NCBI GenBank assembly: GCA_910592345.1
Contig: CAJVPI010000313.1
Coordinates: 1-35,822 of the forward strand
DNA from: Paraglomus brasilianum
Lineage: Eukaryota
Direction of reading: 5' to 3'
DNA: 35,822 bases
Each line of letters opens with the position of its first letter. Within the stretch, counting starts at the first letter, position 1. Shown in pieces: positions 11,597-22,037 of the stretch. The position numbers and the translations under genes were made by a program. Below the pieces are notes generated by a model, which was not told the origin of the DNA, made no database searches, and saw nothing but the letters and a program-made list of their open reading frames with translations.

Positions 11597-13059
11597 TGCA
11601 TTTATAGAGGGTGTGCATTTAGACTGTATATAACTCTAAGAAAAATGTTTAAATTAAAAATTATTTATTTGTTATTATTACCTATCAATTCTATTATCAG
11701 CCGGCATTTTGAATTCGGTACGCACTTGTAATGCGATTTAATGGTGGGAATTTATCATTGCTAGTATTCACTAACGATAAAAAATTTTGCAATAGGTCTT
11801 GTTATCGGCAAGAAGGCTGTGCTATCCATTGGAAAAGACGCCAACGTGATCCTTGTGAGCAATGTGGTGGCCAACCGCCTCCGAGTATAAGTTATGTAAT
11901 TTATACGTAGGAAATGTCATTCTAGAGCACATTATCAACAAAAAAAAAAACGGAGATGTTCTGAATCAGAGAACATACAGTGATGTTTGGCTTTTCGGAT
12001 AGAAAATGATAGTCGATCCAAACTTTAGGAGATCGATAATGCGTTTGTTCATTTTATAATCAGTAAGGGCACCTGATGAGCTTATTATAAAATAACACGA
12101 CCCACACTCGTTTTCGTCTTAGCAAAATTAAATCACAAAATCTTTCCAACATCAATCTTGCAACCTATAAAAAAAGCAAACAACAAATTATTCAAAAAAT
12201 GCTTGACTTCACTAACGAATTAATTTTTGGGTTGTTGATCCGACTTGTCTTCGGTCCTTTACTCACGACTAATCAACTCTATGTTGTAACTCAAATGCTC
12301 AAAGCAACAATTCACGCAATCAAATTAAAATCCCAAACCAGACAACCACTCTGTAAGCAAAAGTTTTTTGTGTTTTTTTTTTTCATACTTATGGAAGGAT
12401 TTTGAAATCTATCAAAAGACCTGAGCTGGACTCGGTTTTATTTAACAAAGTGGTTATAAAATTCCACAAATCGCGCGAAAGAAAAAGCATTATTGCTTTA
12501 TTCTGAAAAACGATTAAAGCGCTTGAAAATTGGGTGATTACGAAACGAGAAGTGAAATTGAATATACTAATAATATTATCAATGATATGTAGCATGGATT
12601 TCACTAGAGCGACCAAAGTATAGGGGTACTCATCAATGGCTTTGGTCCAAGTATTTCCTCCTATGCAATCGCTCTAGTGAATATGCAAATATACTGTACG
12701 TTGTTTGTGAAAAGTAATAAAGACGACCTCAAAATTAAGTGTATCAATTTCCTGATTATGTTAATCTCTTGCAATTCATATTCAAAATTTAAATAAAAAA
12801 CAAAACTTGCAAATTGTCCCAACTTAATGAAAACATGGTCTTCTTTCACACCATCATAGACTACAATCACAAGAATAACGCTTGTTGGTTGATGGAGATT
12901 GTTGTTTTGATCTCTGTTCAAGTAAATGAAGTTTTGATTTTTACATACGATGTCATCACGTGTGCGATTTGGTCCTGATATTAATATAGTCTCACTCTGC
13001 AGAATTCCCAATTTACCACGTGTCCAATTTATATTTCGTCACTTTCTTCGTTGCCAACG

Positions 13060-13822
13060 ATGGACACCTGCTGGGAACAAGCGAAAGCTAGACTGCCTAT
13101 TCTTTTCCCTAATGCGACGTTGCGTGGCCAGATCAGAGGTCGTCTTTTGGCGCTACGTTTGGAAGACAGGCTTGAATACCTTGAAGGAGAAGACGAAGAG
13201 GTGTATGAAACTCTCAAAACTTTAATACAAAGTGAAACAGGTAACGACTTTGTGACTCGGGCGTTGGGGACATAGAGTAGTGTGTACCTGGGGTAGAGTA
13301 ATAGGGTAGGATTCCTCCATATTAAGTATCGTCACGTATCTTTTTCTATTCCTGTTCTCTTATTAAGAATCTGACGTACATCTTGTTATCCGTTGTTTAA
13401 GGAAAGTTCGACATCCTATTTGCGATGCTGACTGACTTGTGCTTACATAAATTTATTTCCTCTAGATTCAAATCTTATCGAATCTGTAGTCGCCGCAACT
13501 CTGAAACGTCAGCGAGACGAGGAACCCGTTGCCATGTCCTCTTTGTCCTCACTCAGAAAGAAGTTGAAGATTACGGCCTTGCAGATGCTTTGAGGGATGT
13601 CGGAGAACTGTTTAATGGTCTTCGTCTAATTGGTAGAAACCCAGGACTGTTTCAATGGGACGAAGACCATACAGAAAATCAACAGGCTGATGATTACACT
13701 GAGTATATCTGAGACAAATTTCTTGGATCTCGATATCTTCATGGTAACATCGTGGAGAATGTTCATATGGACAAGAATTACTTAAATACTTCACATCTTA
13801 ATGGAGGATGCAATGTTAGGTG
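13060..13822 (+). pseudogene. Crinkler-like protein relic (N-terminal header, intron, truncated nuclease-type C-terminus)
   Basis: MDTCWEQAKARL...LIQSET, then a GT donor near 13241 and an AG acceptor near 13465. Continues DSNLIESVVAATLKRQRDEE, a frameshift, then FQWDEDHTENQQADDYTEYI*DKF...NVHMDKNYLNT...GGCNV. Family assignment is by resemblance only. Confidence 0.4.
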
Positions 13823-14323
13823 ATGGGGGAGTTGATATTATTGCATTGTATGACAATGTTATATTTGTTATACAGTGTAAGAATCACTCCCGGTCAATTG
13901 GTAAGTAAATACTATGTTAATATCATAATGATAAATATCATAATAATGATTATCAATACTTTCTTAGGTCCCGATGTTCTTCGAGAGTTGGAGGGAGTTC
14001 TTGATGAAGTTTTGTCATCTACATCTGAAATCATATTAACAAATGAAACTGATATGATTTCAGATTTAGTTGACTATATGTCAACTATTTCTGAACTAAA
14101 TATAGGGGAGGAAGAATATCGAAGGAGAATAGAGGATCTTAAACTTCGACTGCAAGAATATGAAAATATTTCAAACGAAGTTCAAGATCTTCAAATTAGT
14201 ATTCAAGATCTTGTAGCTCAAAATCAAGAGCTTCATCAAGAAATTGAGGCTAGAGATCAAAGGCTTCAGTTTTTATTATATTTAGTTATTATTTTCAATT
14301 TTCTTTTATTTTTAAATAAATAA
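13801..14323 (+). pseudogene. Mrr-type (PD-(D/E)XK, QxK variant) restriction-endonuclease-like domain + coiled coil + C-terminal hydrophobic helix; exons 13801-13900, 13968-14323
   Basis: Spliced translation LGDGGVDIIALYDNVIFVIQCKNHSRSIG/PDVLRELEGVL matches the Mrr_cat signature. The GILV..FT segment expected after ELEGVL appears missing. Heptad-rich helix follows, then LQFLLYLVIIFNFLLFLNK*. Confidence 0.65.
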
Positions 14324-14442
14324 ATAAACATTTAATTAAATTTAAACAATTACGATCTTTTCCCCGCCCGAGGAGATAGTCATTCCCAAAATAAGTATAT
14401 GAGCGAGTCGATCGATCGAAAACACAACCACGAACGCTATGC

Positions 14443-14706
14443 TCTTGAAATTTTAACTGACGATAACTATAACATTTGTTTACAGGCTATTAAAAAATTA
14501 TATCTTATTGTTATGTACGAATTCTAGTAATTTCAATTACAAACGTTGACGAACCATAATCGACGTATACATTGCTTACAGATCTTTGACTTGCTCTACT
14601 CTACAACTACGAATTAGAATGTTACGATCTTGAAATGTTAACTGGTGATGACTTTAACATTTGTTTACATGCTGTAAAAAAATCATTACGATTATTATGT
14701 ACGAAT
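14443..14706. repeat. Degenerate direct repeat (~80-bp units at 14443-14522 and 14628-14706)
   Basis: Shared TCTTGAAA..TTAACTG...TAACATTTGTTTACA.GCT...TTATGTACGAAT. Confidence 0.7.
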
Positions 14707-14760
14707 GATCGACAAACGTTTTTCAATACGTTAAGTTGGTAATGGAAATATAATACACCA

Positions 14761-15190
14761 ACCAAAAGTCATACAGGAAACATGCCGTAATGTCACTATG
14801 TTCCAATGTCGATGAGAATTCAACATTTTAATGTATAAAAACCATTATCAAAGATGTATAGAACAAAGATCGGTCTATAACATGGTAACAAACTTGAAGT
14901 GAAATTGAAAACGTATACTACAGTACTAATGCATCATATTGTTAGTAAGAAAGACGATGGGAGTGATTATAGTTAAATTGACTGTGGTAGCCAAAAGTCA
15001 TGCTGTAATGTCACTGTGTTACAACGTCGATGAAGTTAAAATTCAACACCAAGGTGTACAGGTCTATTACTATAATATGGTAATAAACTTGAAATTAAAT
15101 TGAAAACGTATACATCCTATTTTCAATAAGAAAGACGATTGGAGATATTACATTCAAATTGGTTATATATACCAAAAGTCGCACAGGAAA
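14761..15190. repeat. Degenerate tandem repeat, ~180-230-bp units starting at 14761, 14991 and 15171
   Basis: Recurring CCAAAAGTC, TAATGTCACT, ATGGTAA.AAACTTGAA..AAATTGAAAACGTATAC and TAAGAAAGACGAT blocks. Confidence 0.7.
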
Positions 15191-16086
15191 CGTAACGTTT
15201 AAGCTTTAATTGAAATGAAGATTGATTCGCGTTTTCGAACAATCAAGCCAATCGTTAATGCAAACTCAAAATCGTACTTAATATTCCGTGTCAAATTTTT
15301 GCACACATATTGACAACAGTTATACTTAACATGTATATAAATTTTATAAGCATATGATTCTTGGTTGCCGATTTAGTGATTTTCGTGTCGGAAAATTCCG
15401 CGAAAAATTGATTTGATTTTTTACACTATAGCTTTGTTGAACGATTCAATATCTTATTGTATGCGATGGACGGTGTTTTTACTGAAATAATAATGTATTG
15501 TGCAATCCCCATATGCTCAATTTTATACAATTTCGCATCATTTGTTAGTTCGTGGCTTGTCTTTTTTTAACTAGTGTATACTACCGCGGGTAGCATTTTG
15601 GAGCATCGAAAAAGGTATCCTGATCGTTATAAACCGGTTTTGTCCATATTTTTTAACCCGCTATATTCTGCTATGGTGTTTTGTTCTGCAGATCACTTAT
15701 CAATCACATGACATTTGCCCAATAAAATTCTCTGAAATCATAATGCCTTTATTTTGAAAATTATAAATTCCGGTCAAAATCATCGACTTAACGAAATGGT
15801 TACTGAAACCAACGTATTACTCGGGTAAGGAAATGGTCTAGCTGCCTCACCTTTTATCTACAGAGAGTAACCCACGGAATCAGAAAGGCAATTAATGAAA
15901 GAAAAATGAGAAGACTTGTACGGGAAAGACAATGAAAAGTGGATAAAAAGTTTAATATATAATTATAGTGAAGATAATAAACCTTAAGGTCAGGTAATGT
16001 GACTTAGATGAATAATATTTTTTACATAATATTTGCGTCGGATCACTGATTTATACATATAATTTGTGATCGATGACCCCGAAATC

Positions 16087-16242
16087 TGTTTCTTTCAACT
16101 TTCAGGTCATACTTTTTTATTCTTCATTCTTCGTCCTCTCTAGAACTAGATTATAGCAACTTGATTGTTAGTAATAAAGCTATTGTCGACGGACTATTAT
16201 AAGTTGAAAATACAAACGACAATAATGATACATTGATGATAA
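16087..16242 (+). repeat. Left arm of ~155-bp inverted repeat (partner 20142-20294)
   Basis: Near-identical reverse complement of 20142-20294, e.g. AATAAAGCTATTGTCGACGGACTATTATAAGTTGAAAATACAAACGACAATAATGATACATT. Confidence 0.9.
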
Positions 16243-17095
16243 GTCCTCGATAGAGAAATTATCAAACAATGAAGGTTGATTATACAATTTCATGCGATTT
16301 ATTTTCAATCATAATGTTATCATCATAAGATTTATTTCTCGATAGAGAAATTATCAAACAAAGATGGTAGCACAAAGTAGATTTCATATGATATCTTCAG
16401 ATTTATCTTCAGTTCCTTTTATTTCTTAAATTGTCCTTTTAGAATAGCTTTTCGTATTCTAATAAAAGTCAAGTTTATAAATCAATTTATTTCGTTCAAT
16501 CCTGAGGTTTTAGGTTTATACTTATTGACCAGGTTAAAGTGGAAACCGCTTTCTGGGACCTAGTTCAGCGTTTCAGTTCTTGCTACTGAATCTGGTATAA
16601 CATCGACCTCAAGATTATTGTTTATTTGAGGGCGCGCATAGTGTAGAAAACTTCCCGGTTGACTAGATTTCCCAACGGATCATAATAATAAGCGATTATT
16701 TTAACTCAAGGATAAATAAATAATAATCTACTGGAAAGCATATACGACGTCGCCTGCCTGTGAGTGTGAGTATAGAAAAACCGCATCAACGGTCACTAAT
16801 ACTAACTGTTTAGTAGATTTTACAGCATTAGTAGGAGTTAGTCGATAGCTCCGCCGGAAGACGCTAAATCCCAAGGGTGTTATCGCTCTCCCTAGTGTAG
16901 CATCACGACACTGTAGTTTCGTCAATAGTTAAGCCGGGAATAATCGCGTTTCATTGAACCCATACTTACCATTATGGTTCTGTTGTAGAATGACTTTGGC
17001 ATTCAAGTTAATGGTAAGTGAAGTTCCAAACTTTATTTATGACATACAAACAACCTGCAACAATTCTGCTCAACTACATTTTACCTCAATAGCTA

Positions 17096-18670
17096 CTACC
17101 ATCTTGATTGTATTAAATCAAAAGTAGTGATTGTATGGTTATGGTGCAAAGTAGCTTGATCAGAATTTTTCCCAACAACCAAACAATAATGATGGCTATC
17201 GTGTGGAAAATTGCTCCAAGCAGCACTTGTCCCCTCCACACAAAAATCAATCACTGCCCAATTCTTCATCTTTAATTGACCATATCTTTTGTTAGGCTGA
17301 AATCTTTCAGAATGTTCTCTAAGTCTCTTTCCATCCCTAATACTAAGGAGTTCAAAAGCCCATTGAAACTGGCCATTCAGGTAAAAGTCAACTGCCCCTG
17401 TGAACAGATCCTGATTAGGGAATTTGAAAAGCATTCCCCATCCTTGGTGCTCATGCCACACAATGACATTAATATTTTCTTACCTTTCACACCAAAGTAG
17501 GTACCAACATCACAACTTAACCTTGCTGGCATAACCATCCATGCTCCATAATAGAATTCATTCTGATATATTCTCTCTATATAAGTCCCATCCACACTCT
17601 TAGAATAAGTTGATCTCAATAAACTTCCATCAAGTTTTTTTAGTACATTGAACACAAATTGTGATATCCCCTGCTGATTGATTTCAGGTGATAATAATGG
17701 TGCTGAATTGGGATAAATAAAAGTCCTGATATACTCTTTGCGATAGAATTGTTCCACAACTGGGCAACTGAAAGATAGAGATGACCCATTCTCATTGAAC
17801 ATTCCAATCTTTAAGAGAGAAGTTAATATAGCATTGTCAATGGCATCCAAAGCTATGTGGCCATTTCGAATAACTTCCTGGAGAATATTTTGTAAATTAT
17901 TCAGGCTGACAAGTTCTTTCAAGTATGATACACTTGCAAAAGCTCAAGAATTTTCTAATTGCTTTGTAAGTCTTCCATCTGAAATAAATTGTGATGCTTC
18001 AGATTCAATGTCTCCCACCCAATCTTTAGAAGCTTTTGTAAGTTCTTTCAGTGGCAACCATTGCTACTAACTGAGTTAATGCTGTCTTTCCTGAAAACAG
18101 TGGTGCTGATATCAGAACTTTGCCCATCCTTGCAAGGTCAGTCAATATTTTCTCAGCCAAATTTCTTCGAAGAATGCATTTTACTTTTGGTAAACCTTCA
18201 GAGTCATCTGATCCAAAAAAAGGAAAATTCCCTGGAATACATGTATAATCAGACATATTTCTCCAAAGAACATTACAGGGTAGAATGAAATGGTCAGAGC
18301 ACACTTTACATCAAGTGCTTACTACTACCCCTGGCTACTCTATGAACTCCTGTTATTCCTCTATTAACCTTGTCCTCTCCACTGCTCCTCTAATGAGTTT
18401 ATGTATAAACCTAGCTCTGCTATAACTCTGCTCTGCCCCAACTAATAACGCCCAACTGCCTCTCTTGCAATATAGCACAAAACCAGTAACAATATTCAAA
18501 CTCTTCTCCCTGTTGCTCCTCTATCCTCCCAATAAACGTGTGTTGCTTGTTCGCTTACCTTGTTGTTGTTCTTGATATGCTTTGATAATTTCGTCGTCTG
18601 TAGCGTTTCTATTCTTCCTTAAATATGGAACGGTGAACGAACTAGGAACGTTATCCAAGGTCAGCGGCAT
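17096..18670 (-). pseudogene. Crinkler-type effector, P-loop NTPase + REase architecture, disrupted
   Basis: Exon 1 MPLTLDNVPSS...QEQQQ (18670-18559, GTAAG donor) and Walker A VLISAPLFSGKTAL. A frameshift/deletion removes Walker B and there is an in-frame TGA near 17941. REase core ERIYQNEFY...SCDVGTYFGVKG/AVDFYLNGQFQWAFELL...EHSERF...VIDF, with intron 17483-17398. Confidence 0.75.
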
Positions 18671-19289
18671 GTTGTCAACTTAGAGATTAGTAGAAGAGTC
18701 GCGATCTTACACTGCGCCGCCCAACTCAGCCCTGTTTATACGTTTTACTTACACAAACATGTGATACTTCTCCGTATTGAAGCGCCGAATCAACTGAATC
18801 CGTTGGGTCCAGCAACACTTAGCAAAATAGATCGAGAACCCTCCATGCTTTTTGTCAGAGACGAATGAAGACCAAGGGAAAAATCTCTTTTATACGTTTC
18901 TTTGCATATCACGTTATAGAACAATGTTTCGTATTATTGGCTCGGGTACATGTGTTACGCTTTTATCACCACCTAACTATGAAGTTCACATCTGTCTCTG
19001 TAAATATATAAACACTTTATAACACATATACATATACATATTAATATAACAACTAATAACATTTTATCATAATTAGTAATCATATCCAAATTTTCATCCC
19101 AGGCTTTATAGCCAAGCTCTTTATACCTCTATATGTATATGTTAAAACTAGCTTTAGCAGTTTATCTGTAGTTAGCATTAGGCAATAAAGTTCTAAATTA
19201 TTTAAAAAAACCCCCCCAAAAAAAACCATGAAGTTCACAGGCGCAGTAAGCACATGACTATGACAAAATACCGGAACGAATAATCTCCG

Positions 19290-20140
19290 CTGATACATAA
19301 TACATACTCGACACAGACATGTTCTAATTCGAATAATCATGTTCTCACACTTATCTTTAAAAATGTTATTAAGAAGAGCAAATATCTTGCCTTTTCAGTT
19401 CTTTTACGTAGAGTGTCGTTGGAGATTTTATCACCAATTTGTTTCGAACTTCCTCATTAACTAATGTTTTGGATGCTAATCGCTACGGTCTAGACTTTTA
19501 TAATAATTTAAGCGCTGCGATAAAATATCCCAAAGCAGTAATAGCATAGAATAACTTCTTGGTTTGTGCTTTCGTTTCGGGTTTCTGCATGAGGAATATT
19601 ATTATTGAGCTGTAAAAAGTCTGTCGTGTTTTTACTGTGTGCTTCAGAGATTTCGGAAGTCTCAGAAGTCTCGGTGGTCAATTCAGATATAAGTCTCTTT
19701 AATGAGGGGGAATCTTCCCTTTTAATTCGCTTCTTCGCTTTCTTACTGGATATATATCTTTGAGAGATCTTTTGTTAGACCCTAAGTTTGCACTTCTACT
19801 GTTTGAGCGACTATGTTTCAGATATGGGAGTATTCTCACTTCGCGAGTCATTCACATCCACCATATCCTCGTCCGGATTTCCTTGAGATACTATCGTGAG
19901 ATGTTTTTCCATTCTACCAATTATTGACGACGTACTCAATCCGGAATCTTGCCTAGAAAATTCCTCAAGAATTTCAACGAGATTATTACAGTTAGGATAA
20001 GGACATGATTCTTTTCGCGAATTATCAAACAATGAAGGTGGAATTTAGTTGTATCAATCATATGATTTTTCAATGGCAGCGCAGGAAGTTTGTCACGCAA
20101 TATGTCTTTAGTCTTTCTTTAAAGCATCAGCAGATTTAGA
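19290..20140 (-). pseudogene. Relic of a repeated uncharacterised gene family (zinc-finger remnant + helical C-terminal domain)
   Basis: Fragments ESCPYPNCN, SPSLKRLISELTT, AETRNESTNQEVILCYYCFG, LVNEEVR and DTLRKRTEKAR across frameshifts. Resembles a multicopy Glomeromycotina family (from memory, unverified). Confidence 0.5.
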
Positions 20141-20141
20141 T

Positions 20142-20294
20142 TTATCATAATGTATCATTATTGTCGTTTGTATTTTCAACTTATAATAGTCCGTCGACAA
20201 TAGCTTTATTGATAATAATCAGGTTGCTATAATCTATTTCTAGAGAGGACGAAGAATGAAGAATAAAAGTATGACCTGAAAGTTGAAAGAAACA
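20142..20294 (-). repeat. Right arm of ~155-bp inverted repeat (partner 16087-16242)
   Basis: Reverse-complement match to the left arm with scattered substitutions and small indels. Confidence 0.9.
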
Positions 20295-22037
20295 AAAGTT
20301 AATTAGATAGTGCTCATCCGCTATATGACAAAAACGGTAATGAGAATATTAATCCCTTTTGGTAGCACAAATCATATTTACCAATCAGACAAAATTTATT
20401 CCGTGAAATATTAAATCACTGTCTTTAAAAGGAGATTTTTACCAAATATGGTATCGAGCCATTGAGGGGAAGAGCCATCTGATGGCTTGAGGGTATTACC
20501 CCTTTTGGCTATGCATCGCCAAATTTGGATTGTAATTTCCAAATTCGATTGGCTCGATGAACGCTCTATATGTATAAATGACGCAAATGATTGTTTTGTG
20601 CTTGCAATTCCGCCTTTCTCTTCAACGTACGAAAGGCTTTAAAGTTCATTTATAAGTTGCTACGAAGAGCAACTAACCTATGGACAACGATCATACTTAC
20701 TAAAGCCCACCTTTCTAGTAAAGACGGCAGTGAAAACAATTCATCGCCTGTTACCATTTCTTCCGTCATCAATCATAACAAATAGATATCGTGTAACGAC
20801 TAAAATCATACGACTACCGAAAATCGTATGATAAAAATCATACGATTCTACAACCAATCACATTCTAAATTTTATAAAACTTTGGTATAAAAATCCTGTA
20901 CGTTATTATAATTCCCAAAAGTTGCAGAAGATAACGAAGAATGATACATAGTCAAACTCGAGCCCTCCTAAGCTATTTCAGAGAAGCATTTTGCTTTCTT
21001 CTAATTTGACGTTTTCCTTCCAGAGCTTCTGCTTCATTGGTTTTATATTAAATATATTTTGAATGCAACTATATTTGATATTGGATTGCTTATTGTTTTT
21101 CTGCTTCTCGTACTTATTAGATACGTTGTATTGATTTCTCGATTATAGCATGTATAAATAGTTTGTGGCTGATAACAATCAACTATGCTAATCACGTGAT
21201 AATAATTTTCGCACTGCTATACTAAACGCCAAGACATCGTTGTCCAATTAATGCCTCATCATTGAAAAGTTGGTGGGTTCTCTATAACCAATTGTCGTTC
21301 TATGTATTAAGGCAAACTTAGCCTATAATGACAACATGAATGGCCAACAGGAGTCTACACCATCTACCATGAGGTGCCCCCCCTCATCAACGACTGTCAT
21401 GTGAAAGCCACGATACAAATCCGCTTCATCAGCAAGAATGAGGGCAAAGCTTGTAATTGGACAAATTAAAATGCTCAAACAGTTATCGATTGATCTCCTT
21501 GACTCCTATTTCTTTTTTCTTTTTTTTTCCCTGCGAGAAGCATCGAGGGAATGAATCGAATTGAATCGAATGATTTCTGCTTTTTCGGTTTTCCATATTT
21601 AGATGAAGGTTTGTCACATACATATAGCCACGACATCAGCTGATGTGAAGAAATTACTAGGTCAATGAAATCATAGTTATTAAGCGTTGAGGCGTAAGCT
21701 TGAGTAACTTCCAGTAAGTGCGCCAAACGTATGCGGGGTGCCGAAACATCAACTTAACTATTTATGTCAAACATTAACTTGCTTATCAAAATTGTCTTTT
21801 GATAGTCACACCATAAAACGCACATTGCTACTGATCACAGATAATATAAACATATATAAAGAGCTAAACTGAGATTCCCTGTTACCACCCCCTTCCCGCT
21901 TTTATTTCAAAAAATTTTTATTTCAAAAAGACTGTGCTAACGCTAAGGACGAAGACAGTGACATCAAACAGATAGATTTATACGTACTTAACTGCAATAG
22001 AAACAATCAAGTTCTACTTATCTCATCTTCTGTTATA

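Noticed and set aside
14443..15190. CRISPR-like reading of the repeat blocks
   Set aside because: Units are long, degenerate and only 2-3 copies, with no constant repeat-spacer period and no cas genes.
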